From positions 22,275,365 through 22,339,364 of the forward strand of contig NC_092678.1 in assembly GCF_964355755.1 (NCBI RefSeq): 64,000 nt of DNA. Reading direction: 5' to 3'. This stretch comes from Antedon mediterranea (lineage: Eukaryota > Animalia > Echinodermata). Positions 50,301 through 63,001 of the stretch are shown piece by piece. The first letter of the stretch is position 1. The number at the start of each line of letters is the position of its first letter. Made by a program: the position numbers and the translations under genes. The notes under the pieces were generated by a model. That model was not told the DNA's origin. It saw nothing but the letters and a program-made list of their open reading frames with translations, and ran no database searches.

Positions 50301-53300
50301 AAACATGATGATGTCATATCACTACCATATTTAGGCACATCACATTTTCACATTGTCGAACTAGTTTGATAGTGTGAACAGAGCTTTAGATCTAAGGGAA
50401 GACGAAAGTTGTTCAGAATCTAGAAAAGAGTTAAGATTGAAAAAAACAGTCCGAGCAAACGGTGGCCTGAAAAAAAGATAATCCTTATTTTTCTGCCATT
50501 GTTAAATTCTCTTAGAAATATAATTATTGAAAATATAATTTATGAGCTCTGGAATGTCATATTTTTAGCTATATCAAATATTTTGACATCTCACAGTGAG
50601 TTGGCTGACTATTGGGCCAGATTTCGTTTAATTCTTGTTCCTGTGGAAACGGAACAAGCTTTTAATTATTAGCTTAATTAATAATTACTCATCATATTAA
50701 ATTAATTAGTTGAATTATCGAGTCATGTAAATGGGTACTTCTTTATATTTTGATCGATTGATTGCTTTATTGATTAATTTGCTGTTACATTACCATACAC
50801 ATACTGTAGAGCAATTACATTGCCTTCAATCACATCAGCTTTCCTTTTCAATTCATGTATACATACACTATACATCTACAGTATTGTGTTAAATGAACAA
50901 GTTGCTGTATGTTTGAATATTGGGGACACATCTATCATATGAAAAGGTCCCAAAGATGTCCCCTTTATAAATAGAGGTTTATTTATTATTTAATTTTTCT
51001 GATCCATTATAATTTTGGTTATTATTATAATATATCTTGCATGTCCTTAATTTTTTTGGGGGAAAACAAACTAAAAAAAACTTTTTTTTACAAAAATTGT
51101 AACTTTTAGATATGGACAGTTCACAGACAGAAGTTTCAGTTTTCGTTAAGCCAACATATGAATTGGGTTCGCTGCGCAAAGTGGTCTCCTGACGGCCGAT
51201 TGATCGTTTCAGGAAGTGATGATAAAACCGTCAAAATTTGGGATAAGGCCTCTAAGGAGTGTATCCACACTTTCTTTGAACATGGAGGGTAAGCATTGAT
51301 TGATATTATTTTATTTTCACATCATCCAACAGCAAGAACACAACTGACCAATTACAGAATGGGAAACCCAATTACTTTCTAAACCAAATCTCATATGGTG
51401 TTAATATGTTGGCACTGTATTGGCTGTCAGAAAAATCCTGGAACTATGGCATGATTTGAACAAAGGAACCTGGATTTTGTAAGCTAGCACCAAGCCACAG
51501 TGCCACTGAATACTGTATTTGCGAATATCCATGCCATTTTATATGTACTCATCCTAGTCAATTATTACTACATTCATCGTATACTAGAATCCAGTTGTAT
51601 GACCTGCGACAGAAATACTATTTTCATGATGATGTTATACCACTACCATATTCGAGCATATCACTACCATATTCGGGCAAATAACTACCATATTCGGGCA
51701 TATTACTACCATATTCGGGAATATTACTACCATATTTGGGCAAATCACTACCATATTCAGGCATATTACTACCATATTTGGGCATATCACTACCATATTC
51801 GGGCAAATCACTACCATATTCGGGCATATCACTACCATATTCGGGCATATCACTACCATATTCGGGTATATCACTACCATATTCGGGCATATCACTACAT
51901 ATTCGGGCATATCACTACCATATTCGGGCATATTACTACCATATTTGGGCACAACACTTTTTTGTCAAACTAGTTACTCTTCTATATTTTATTGTTAGTT
52001 GTACAGTAATTTAGATTAGCTAAATTAAGCAACAAATCATTCTGCCATGTCTGTCAGTTTTCATGTTGGTCACAGGTCGTTTTTTTTTTTACTTTTTCTG
52101 CGAAAATTACGTCAAAGCCTGAATGGATTAGTCTTTATTACCTCATTAAATTAACACCTGCGGAAAAAAAAGTTTACAAGTGGGCCTAAATAAATAGACA
52201 GAATGCTGATTGTTACTGACCGTATGTTATATAATTAACGAATTACAAAGATTATAAATCTTTAACCTGTAGCTTATTCTCATAAATAACATTATGTCAC
52301 CAGAAAAAATAATATTGTTTTATTGTATAATAAATATAATTAGTGTTTAAAAGATGATTATATAACCTTTTTATAACAAGTTAATGACTTAAGAAAAGGT
52401 TAAATTTAGTGTATCGAATATTTTAAAACACTTTTAAAAATGGAAAAATTATTATATACATAATCATGAATACATTATCAAAAATGTTTACATTTGTTTA
52501 GGTTTGTGAACTGTGTAGCTTTTCATCCTAGTGGTACATGTATAGCGGCCGGAGGCACTGATAACACGGTTAAAGTTTGGGATATCCGTATGAACAAGTT
52601 ACTGCAACATTATCAAGGTAAGGCAACATGTCAAAATGATTTTACTGCAGTAACTATTGTAATAATGTATGATTTTTGTTTGTTTTAATGTAAAATAAAT
52701 TACAAAAAAAGCCTGATTTTGTACTCGTAAACATTAAACAAACAGTAAACTGCACAACAATGTATTGCAATGCAAAATATATAAATATGAATTTAATTGT
52801 TTTGTAAGAGCAGACTTAAATATTGAAAAACACTCATTTTGTGTGTCATCTTGCTAATCTTTGTATCTGTTTATCTTTCCAATTTTATCATGTGTACAAA
52901 TCATCATTACCATTGACGTATTTAATTCTTGGTTTTAGAGATTATCGTTTATTTATAAAATGGTGTTATTATTTTTCTGTTTTTTAATACGCATGACCTA
53001 ATTTAATGACACATGTATTATGTGTGATCACAATTTAAACTCTTAAAAGTCATGTTGAATGAATGCTATGTTAGTTTTTAGTTTGACCTTTTTTATTTTC
53101 TACCATCTCTTTCAATGGTTGTAAAATTAAATCTCTCAATTTTATTTTCAGTTCACAGTGGCGCTATAAATAGTGTATCATTTCATCCCACTGGTAACTA
53201 TCTTCTCTCTGCTTCAAATGACTCCACGCTCAAAGTATTGGATCTGTTGGAAGGCCGTCTGTTCTATACTTTACATGGACACCAGGTAAGAGTAGTATAG

Positions 53301-56300
53301 CTCATATCACCTGTAACAGTACTCGTAATTTATACCTATGCCAGACTGGCGAGAGGTCATGAGGTCAATCGTTTGTGTTTCTATATTAGTTAGTTAGCAG
53401 GATTACTCAACAAGTTAAGCGTGGTTCCCACTTGCATTACGTTCTAGTGGGAAGCTTTATTGCCTGATTATCATAAGACTTTAAAAGGATGGTTTCATAG
53501 CCGTACTGATATGCCATCATCATGTCCATATTTGGGAACATCATATTTTGTTGTCACATAAAGCTTGATGGTGTAGTATGATACCACCATTGTTGTGTCT
53601 GATATTACAGGGAGCAGCTACCGCAGCATCATTCTCAAGAACTGGAGATTACTTTGCATCAGGAGGAGCTGATGAACAAGTAGGTATACTAATTGTTACA
53701 GGACCGTTTTACAAGTCTCAATTCACATTATAACTACTGACCCTATCATAATATAAATCAGTATAAATACGAAAGAACCTCTCATATTGGGACACCCCTA
53801 TTAAAGGGACACTTTCTATGAAACGAATGAAGGGCATGTCATGTCCAACATTCTGTTCAATCCTTATTAATATTAAAGGGACACTTTAAAGTGAATGAGG
53901 GACATGTCTGTTCCAACACTACAGTATGGCCAATCCTTATTAAAGGGACACTTTGTTGGGTACCTAAGGTGTAGGCCTCTTATCAGAGAATCAACTCTGC
54001 AACAGTAATGCTCAGTAAATGTTCACTTTATTGTTACAGTAGTATATTTATAACATTTATATTTAAATACTTTATTCAATAGAATTAGTTTAAATGGATT
54101 ATTTTCCTGCAATGTTTTCTGTGTGCCTAAACTATTTTTATAAATGTTATACAAAGCAGGGATTTAACCGTAAAACAAAAGTGAAACCCACACACAAACA
54201 TCTTGCATTGATGTACGTGTGCGGACACGCCTGCCAACAATATCTATATTTGTACATTTTTAAAATTAAAACTCATTAATTAACTTCCTACAACTTGCAT
54301 ATGCCTGACCTCCAATTTTTGTTACTTAAAATTAGCTACTAAGTAATCAATATAGTATGATTTTTAAGAATTTGTAATTGAAATTGGCAATTCCAGCGAT
54401 GCACCTAAATAAGAGAGAAATATAAAATACAAGCAACATATAAAAGAATAAGTATAAGGAAATAAAATATAGAGGTCAAAATAAATACTTGGATAAATTC
54501 ATGGTTTTTATATTTCCTACAGTACAAGATTCAAGATTCAATTTATTGTCACATATAACATACATTATATTGTTTTCCTGAGCTTAGACACAATACAATT
54601 TACAACACAATTAAATACAATATGCATTTCCCAAAGAAATTAAAGATGTATTGTCCCTTTGACTAATTCCAAAAAAAATAAAAAAGATTTCGACAAAAAG
54701 TGGATCTTTTTGAAGCATCATATCAATAGTTATTAACTTTCACCAAAAATTAGTCGGAAAAAAAATCATTTAACTGAAATACAGACATCATGCATAATGT
54801 ATACTCATGGTTTGAAATCTTTGTTTACTTTCGTTCACAACGATTTTACAGACCAAATGTATTCAAATTAATTTACCTGTTAATTACGTAAACTTGTTGT
54901 TTTTGGCTCGAATTTTTGACTTAAAGTGAATAACTTTAATATTACTTTACTTTACAATTTAAATTTAGAATATTTTGACCTTCATTTTTTTCTGTTTCAA
55001 GGGACAATACATCTTCAAACATTTTATGTCCAATTACTAACAAATTTGTACACAACTAATAAACTGTAACAATAATATTATTGTGATCAATCTTATAAAT
55101 TATATGAAATAATTTGTATACTAGAGTTTTTTTCATCCGCGAAACGTTTTTTTTTTTCGTACGCAAAAATGTTTCAAAAAGTACTATTAAACGATCGTTT
55201 AATAGTGCGTACTATTGCACGCCATGTGACCCACAATCGTCCAATCAAGTGACAGGAATTTAGTTAGGTGTTATATAATAATAATAATAATATGAACGTT
55301 TTAAAGTATATAGTATTGCAAATTATGTTATGTTTATTTTAAGGTAATGGTCTGGAAAACAAACTTTGATCAGATTGACTACCATGAGGTCTTAGAATCG
55401 CACAAAGCACGCACTCAGGGACAGACAGCACCACCACATATACACGACATCCATCCACGGTCACCACTGTACCGCTCTACAACCACGCAGAATCCGACAG
55501 ATGTGAATGCGAGTAGAGGGCCTAAGAATATGTCTGTAGGAACTCCTAATGTTACTAATATAGGACCGGCGCTGTTTTCCCAACCTCAGGTGTGTAGGCC
55601 TACTCTATTTTTTTATTAAACCTGTTTTTCACTAGGTGAATGTATTTTATTATGTATTCTCCCAAAAAAATTGTGTTACCCTATTATTTTCCACTACAGA
55701 GCATAGTGCTACAATTTTTATGTGAGTGCTTAGTTGCGCAAATGTTTGGTACGCAAAAATCGAAACTTCTCAAACTACTAATTTTGTTGAAACAAAAAAC
55801 TTTAACAAATTATTTTAGTTGATTTTTTTTTATAGTGGTGATTTTGAGATTTTGTTTCATTGTGAGTTCACTCTCTAGTTTATTATATAACATCTTTATC
55901 TATGAATTTTGATTACATTGTGAGTTCACTCTCTAGTTTATTATATAGCATATTAATTATCTAAGAATTTTAATTACATTGTGAGTTCACTCTCTAGTTT
56001 ATTATATAACATCTTTATCTATGAATTTTGATTACATTGTGAGTTCACTCTCTAATTATAGCATATTTATCTATGAATTTTGATTACATTGTGAGTTCAC
56101 TCTCTAGTTTATTATATAGCATCTTTATCTATGAATTTTGATTACATTGTGAGTTCACTCTCTAGTTTATTATATAACATCTTTATCTATGAATTTTGAT
56201 TACATTGTGAGTTCACTCTCTAGTTTATAATATAGCATCTTTATCTATGAATTTTGATTACATTGTGAGTTCACTCTCTAGTTTATTATATAACATCTTT

Positions 56301-59300
56301 ATCTATGAATTTTGATTACATTGTGAGTTCACTCTCTAGTTTATAATATAGCATATTTATCTATGAATTTTGATTACATTGTGAGTTCACTCTCTAGTTT
56401 ATTATATAGCATATTTATCTATGAATTTTGATTACATTGTGAGTTCACTCTCTAGTTTATTATATAACATCTTTATCTATGAATTTTGATTACATTGTGA
56501 GTTCACTCTCTAGTTTATTATATAGCATCTTTATCTATGAATTTTGATTACATTGGGAGTTCACTCTCTAGTTTATTATATAGCATCTTTATCTATGAAT
56601 TTTGATTACATTGTGAGTTCACTCTCTAGTTCATTATATAACATCTTTATCTATGAATTTTGATTACATTGTGAGTTCACTCTCTAGTTTATTATATAAC
56701 ATCTTTATCTATGAATTTTGATTACATTGTGAGTTCACTCTCTAGTTTATTATAATAGCATCTTTATCTATGAATTTTGATTACATTGTGAGTTCACTCT
56801 CTAGTTTATTATATAGCATCTTTATCTATGAATTTTGATTACATTGTGAGTTCACTCTCTAGTTTATTATATAGCATATTTATCTATGAATTTTGATTAC
56901 ATTGTGAGTTCACTCTCTAGTTTATTATATAGCATCTTTATCTATGAATTTTGATTACATTGTGAGTTCACTCTCTAGTTTATTATATAACATCTTTATC
57001 TATGAATTTTGATTACATTGTGAGTTCACTCTCTAGTTTATAATATAGCATATTTATCTATGAATTTTGATTACATTGTGAGTTCACTCTCTAGTTTATT
57101 ATATAACATCTTTATCTATGAATTTTGATTACATTGCGAGTTCAGTCTCTAGTTTATTATATAACATCTTTATCTATGAATTTTGATTACATTGTGAGTT
57201 TGATCTCTAGTTTATTATAACCTCTTTGCCTTTAAATCATCTCTAATACTGTTGAGAATGAAATACCAAAGTAATTATTGATTGAAGAGTGAACAATGAG
57301 ACATGGATGTTAAATGTGCATCCAATGATATACTTTTAGCATAGTAGTAGTAATCCCAGCCAAGGGGTGATATTACAGCACATTAGCATAACTAGGCCGT
57401 AATGATTATAATCGTTATTGATTGGTCTACGCAAAATCCCGCAAGGTAAACTTAAATATACTAGACGACTATGTGTTGAAGACCTTGTGGCTACAACTAA
57501 GTACTTGGGGAAAACGTTGATCTGTTTTGCCCAAATCCACATTCGCAACTCATGTTTAACTTAAGTATGTTCTGTAATCAAGTTTCCTTTATATGCCTAC
57601 CCATACTATCTGTTTTAATTTGACGCTTGTGTCTGTATTGTATTAATACTTTAACCAGATCGTTACTTTTAAGTCCTTTTTTATTCTAATTAGTGACCAT
57701 ATCAGTTTAGTTGTTGGTTTTCCTGTTCATTCTTACAAGTTTCTATAGCTTTTACCGAGATAGGCGCACTAGTCCTGATATGGCCGAAACTCAATTGGTT
57801 ATAACCAATGTTTAAACCCTGGTTAGCGATGAGGCCGTCTCCCCATACTTAATTTTACGTTCTGCTGCTCTCACATTTTTAACTTGTTTTCAAGGAGTTT
57901 TTGGGCTTTGTATTTATTTCTTAAAGATGTATTGTCCCTTTGACTAATTCCAAAAAAAATAAAAAATAAAAGATTTCGTAAAAAAGGTGGGTCATTTTGA
58001 AGTATCATAATAGTTATTAACTATCACCAAAAATGTTTCGAAAAAAAAAAATTTTAACTGAAATACAGACGTTTTTTTGTTAAAAAAATAACTTCGACTT
58101 CCACTCCAGTCAAAGTTTTCAATCAAAACATATCCCATAATGAAACGCGCTTGTTTGGCTACTCTGTATGCATAATCATAAAACTTCCTCATGATCTGTG
58201 TGAAAATACCTTCTTAACCGTGACGAGTTGTAAACAATCCTAATTTAGCATATACATAATGCATACTCATGGTTTGAAATCTTTGTTTACTTTCGCTCGT
58301 GACGATTTTCCAGATGAAATGTAATCAAACTAATTTACCTGTTAATTACGTAAACTTGTTGTTTTTGGCTCAAATTTTCGACTTAAAGTGAATAACTTTA
58401 ATATTACTTTGATATAGCCACTTTAAATTTAGAATATTTTGACCTTTTTTTTGTGTTTCAATGGACAATACATCTTTAAGATAACACTGTTCTTCCAAGA
58501 GACGAAACAAGAATAACTTAAAAACAACTTAAAACAACAAATTAAAAACTTATAAATTCATAACTAATGACCTTTAAATTGGTCACTGACATCTATTCAT
58601 CACAAGTTATTTCTGTTATTAGTAAGATAATGGTTAGATCATGTGGTTAAAAAAACATATTTGTAATGTTTGAAAACTAATTTATTCTATTAGGCTGACC
58701 ACACATCTCTACATCTGAAAGACTATTAAATTAACAAACTGCTTTTGATGAGACATTTGCCCACGTCTTATAACTTATAAGCCACCTAATAATTATATTA
58801 ACATTTGTCAATTATTACGTTCGTACCACGCATTGTCTATTGTTAAAATAGCGTTGCTCATTATATCAAGCTTATTTGTGATTTCAATCACGTATCCGGT
58901 ATTTACATGCCGAAATAACGGACTAATCAACCGCGTGCTTGCATGATCGTATATAAACATTAATTTAACTAATTCTGACGAATGTTGTTTTACCGTTTCT
59001 TTAATTAATCTTATTTATGGCTTCAACCATTTGTTATTGTCATTTAGGACATTGGCTTTTACAAATTCTATTTTTAAAATTGGTAATTATTTAGTACAAT
59101 TAATTATGTAATGTTAAGAAGGAAAACACCAGAATATATATTATTTTTAGATTTCTACAAAATTCCAATTTGTAATGAAAAGTGCAAAAATATAATATTA
59201 GTAATTTTTATCAGAAAATGCAATATTTACATAATTGTTCTTTATTTAACCATAATGGAAATTACTATTACAAATATATTAGTAAGGATATAAGAAAAAC

Positions 59301-61003
59301 TACTATAAAGCTCTGTCTACACTATCAAACTTTATGTTTAAAAAATATATGATGTGCCCATATAAATGGACATGATGATGTCATATCCCCACCATATTTG
59401 GGCACATCACACTTTTTTTGTCAAACTAGTTTGATAGTGCAGACAGAGCTTTAGAAATTCTCTCAATGAATTTATTATATTTTCTCTATCAGGTCGACAG
59501 TGAAATTATAAAATTGTTTGTAATTTATTTATTTCCGTAATTATTTGTTTGTTCCTGTACAAATGACTCATAAGTTAATTGACCTAACTGAATTAATTTA
59601 CAAGCACCGCAGACAGACATCGTCTTCAAGTCTTGTGAGATCGCCTAAAGCATGGCAACAACATAACGTTTCAAAGAAAGTTAAATATAGGTATTAAAGT
59701 GTGCTCTATAGTATATTTAGATAGCGATGTTGTTTGCCTAATGTATGCGACATTGTGGCTACGTATTACATCATGAAAAAAAAAGATATTCCATGTCAAG
59801 TCTTCTAATTTTAACAACTTGCTAACAGCATTATTTTTTAAGTAATTTTAAATTCCATTTTTTACATGTATTGGTAACCAACCTTTTTCATTCTTAGTTT
59901 TTTACCCGCGTAAGCTAGTTTCTACCAGTGAAGAGTAAAATTTCACCCTTCCCTGGTTCCTATCAAGGCAATCTAACAACAGGACACTGAGCTCGCCTTG
60001 CTAAAATATGAACTTATAAACATCCTTTGATCTTATGTCTGGCTGCGACAAATACCAACAGTACTGTACATATTTTCCGTGGCACGCGGTGTCTATTAAA
60101 GGGTGTAAACGATTGTGTCGCAGCCACAGATAAACCCTTTGATCTCTGAGGCTCAGCATTCTGTTAATAGATTGTCTTGTTCCTACCCACTAAAGTTATC
60201 GATTACTGTGCCCATTAAATCTTGATTGTACTGGCTAAATAAGTTCCATTCTAACATTCAATTTTTACATTCCATTCTATTGTTCCATTTTAATTAAATG
60301 TTCCATTTTAATGTTCCATTTTAACGTTCCATTCTATCTTTTTAGACGGACAAACCATCACTTTCAATGTTTGGCATTACGTCTGCTGATCAGGAGAGCA
60401 GAGGATTAGAGGGAAGAGGTCATCCAGATACATCAATGATTCAAGGATCTGCTACGGCACCTCTGGAAGTAAAAGAGATGCCACCAGGACTTTCCAAAAC
60501 TCTGGAGACTATCGTTGGCCAGTTGGACGTTCTGACACAGGTTTGATAAAATTATGACATATAAAATTTAACATAACACAACATACTATACATAAGTAAT
60601 GAGAATATACAATGATTAATGGGATAAATATGTTTTTATGGGAAAAGTAATAAACAAAATTCAGAACTGTATTTAACTTGAAACATATATTAGGTCAGGT
60701 CATCTTTAATGTGTATGTGTTTATATAGAGCATTCCACAAATAATGTTGTCTGAATGCGCTGTGGACTTACACTTTTCAACAATATTCTTCTCACTTAAG
60801 GGTCCCGTCATGTCAGTGCTGCCAGTGTCCAGAGAGTTGACTAAACTCATATGATTATGTGTTTATATGGTTTTATTTATTTTTGTTTGTCTTTACAGAC
60901 TGTTAACATTCTTGAGCAGCGGCTGACCATGTCCGAGGACAAACTCCGGGAAGTGCTGGACAACCAACAGAAGATCACTCTACAAGTACGGCCAACAGAA
61001 TGA
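44355..61003 (+). CDS. POC1: POC1 centriolar protein homolog (WD40 repeats plus C-terminal coiled coil), 12 exons
   Basis: Exons 44355-44369, 44832-44916, 45141-45220, 48997-49088, 49870-49978, 51110-51288, 52502-52617, 53152-53285, 53611-53679, 55344-55589, 60346-60540, 60899-61003. [47 protein letters not shown] and [29 protein letters not shown] match POC1A/B. Confidence 0.96.
50264..50385. mobile_element. MITE family A copy with a perfect TTA target duplication
   Basis: TTA|AGCTCTGTTTACACTATCAAACT ... AGTTTGATAGTGTGAACAGAGCT|TTA supports the PIF/Harbinger assignment. Confidence 0.85.
51625..51975. repeat. 21-bp minisatellite (about 15 copies) expanded inside a family A MITE
   Basis: Unit ATATCACTACCATATTCGGGC, flanked by family A sequence on both sides (CATGATGATGT ... 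CACTTTTTTGTCAAACTAGTT). Confidence 0.92.
54644..55014. mobile_element. Kolobok-like element, internally deleted copy
   Basis: TTAA|AGATGTATTGTCCC ... GGGACAATACATCT|TCAA. Colinear with 57925-58475 apart from an internal deletion. Confidence 0.75.
55858..57220. repeat. 58-bp tandem repeat, about 23 copies, in a POC1 intron
   Basis: Unit ACATTGTGAGTTCACTCTCTAGTTTATTATATA(A/G)CATCTTTATCTATGAATTTTGATT, head-to-tail without spacers. Confidence 0.97.
57925..58475. mobile_element. Kolobok-like non-autonomous DNA transposon
   Basis: TTAA|AGATGTATTGTCC ... GGACAATACATCT|TTAA. Confidence 0.8.
59310..59450. mobile_element. MITE family A, full-length copy
   Basis: AGCTCTGTCTACACTATCAAACT ... AGTTTGATAGTGCAGACAGAGCT. 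Confidence 0.85.
59965..60179. mobile_element. P-element-like MITE (inverted relative to 20547-20772)
   Basis: CAAGGCAATCTAACAAC ... TGTTAATAGATTGTCTTG. Internal TGGCTGCGACA and ATCAAAGG motifs are shared with the first copy. Confidence 0.65.
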
Positions 61004-61547
61004 GAAACTTCTTGTTTTTACCGCTGCCATTACAATATGCTGGAGTTTCAAGGACCAACTTGTCTTTGCATTATCACGGTGGTTAACATCAAAATAAGGA
61101 GATTTTATTGGAGCCAAGTGGTTTTTCTGAAAGTTTGTAAGACTCAATTATTATTTCACCTGTTATTGTAATATGTTTATTGTCTCGCACAATTCTCTGT
61201 AATGTCTCACCACTATGTAAATGTCTATTATCTTAGACAAATTCTATAATACGGTGTCACATATCATCACATGTGCTGCCTTTATTTTTCTAGGTTAGGT
61301 TTATGACCTATTATACATATGTGATACTATATTACAAAATTTTCCTGATACTTGTGTTAAATTATTCAATTTATTCAAAAAAGCACTTACATTAAAAGTT
61401 CAAAACAAAGGAAAAACAATATACAAAGCTGAAACAATTTAAGCTTAGATCAACGCCCACAATTGATAATTGATATAGTCAGTCATTAAATTCCAAGTGC
61501 GGGATCTCTTTCGAGTACAGTTGTAACAGTGTCAAAGACACTGTGGT

Positions 61548-61750
61548 AATATGTGACACTGAATTACAGGAGCTGCCTATGATACTGTACAAATTATAGG
61601 TATATGACACTGTATTACAGGAGCTTTCTATGATACTGTACAAATTATAGATATGTGACGCTGTATTACAGGAGCTACCTATGATACTTGGATTCAATTA
61701 TAGACATGTGACACTGTATTATAGGAGCTGCCTATGATGCAGTACAGATT
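61548..61750. repeat. ~53-bp tandem repeat, 4 copies
   Basis: Unit approximately ATATGTGACACTGTATTACAGGAGCTGCCTATGATACTGTACAAATTATAG. Confidence 0.85.
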
Positions 61751-62371
61751 TTCGATATATCAGCTATATCGCTGATGATCAAACATTTTGTTTATATGTA
61801 AATGACATTCCCGTTGAAGCGTGCTGCAAGCAAATATGTAAAACATGAAGTTACTCCCACGTACAAAACACCTACATACTCTATTAATCTACTGTGTTCA
61901 GTAACAGTGAGCGTTATTTACTGCAGACTTGATTTATTGGCGTACCATACTTTGGACATTTAACATGTGTAATGGACACCTTTAACATTTCACACACGCT
62001 CTGCCCACATCGCCAGACATGTATGACAAGCCCAGCGGTCATTTATTTCAAATTGAGATATTATTATTATTTGTTATTTTTACTGTTGAACATTCATGTA
62101 TTTTAAACATTATTTGTGTGCTCTTAACATTTCTAACTTTAGCTTTAAATATCAGAAAAAAATACCCACTTTGTTTTAAATCATTCCAGGTGGGGTTGGA
62201 ATACAGAGCTAGCAAATAGTAGTATTAAAAACAATATAAAACATTCCATATTTACATTTCATAAATTTGATAAAATTACAATTTAGGAATGAACAATTAT
62301 ACCAACCCTTCTAAATATATTTGTGGGGTTTATTTTGTGACACCGTTTTTGGCCATCAGAAAAATCCTGGA

Positions 62372-62447
62372 GTGACAGAGATAGGAATTGAACCAATAAC
62401 TTTGTGATTAGTAAGCATTCGTGTAAACCACCAAACTACAGTGCCAC
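62372..62447 (-). mobile_element. Degenerate tRNA-derived SINE head
   Basis: Minus strand GGCACTGTAGTTTGGTGGTTTACAC ... GGTTCAATTCC gives A-box and B-box at tRNA spacing. Confidence 0.55.
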
Positions 62448-62822
62448 TAAATGCAAACTGACCTTTATTAACCATCCTTTAATTATAAATCTGTAAAAAA
62501 TATCATAGCATCGACAATTAAGCTGTAGTCTTTAGGGAAACATTTCTATATTAATGATAACACCCACATCATCTAGACAGTATATAGCTGTTTTATTATT
62601 TATTAACTATCTTTCATAATAACAGTAACATGTTATTTGATAATTTACCCATTTATCTATCTATCTAAGGCTCCTTCTCTTTTCCTTCCCCCACCCCCAC
62701 CCCCTCTATTTGGACATCTCTTATTAAAGAAACACTGTCCCATGAAACAAGAGGCAATATAACCCCTATTCAATGGAGGCTATTAGGGACCCCCTTTTTG
62801 GGGTCCTGAAGGTGTCCTCTTA

Positions 62823-63001
62823 AGCTTGGTTCCCACTAGAACGTAACGCAAGGACGTAAACGCAACGCAAGCGTTTTAACCAATGACAAGCGAAGTTATA
62901 GACAGTTGGCAATCAAAACCGAATAAGCCATCGCTTGTGATTGGTAAATTCACTTGCGTTGCGTTACGTCCTTGCGTTGCGTCGCTAGTGGGAACCACGC
63001 T
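62823..63001. mobile_element. PIF/Harbinger-like MITE nested in a GGACAC/CCTATT-family element
   Basis: TTA|AGCTTGGTTCCCACTAG ... CTAGTGGGAACCACGCT|TTA with internal (AACGC)n/(GCGTT)n symmetry. A ~40-bp derivative sits at ~53418-53457. Confidence 0.8.

Noticed and set aside
51500-52014. Repetitive ORFs (PEYGSDM, YHYHIRA, PNMVVIC)
   Set aside because: These are translations of a 21-bp MITE-derived array, open in several frames on both strands inside a POC1 intron.
55858-57220. CRISPR-like appearance of regular arrays (also 13367-14136 and 2615-3210)
   Set aside because: Units are head-to-tail with no unique spacers, there are no cas genes, and the context is eukaryotic introns or intergenic DNA.
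57330-57810. Possible decayed Penelope-like end with a hammerhead-like CCTGATATGGCCGAAAC
   Set aside because: The core lacks CUGANGA, stem I is not evident, and the upstream peptide similarity needs several frameshifts. Too weak to call.
4429-61003. U12-type (minor) introns
   Set aside because: None of the donors I assigned has the (G/A)TATCCTT signature; all look like ordinary GT-AG introns.
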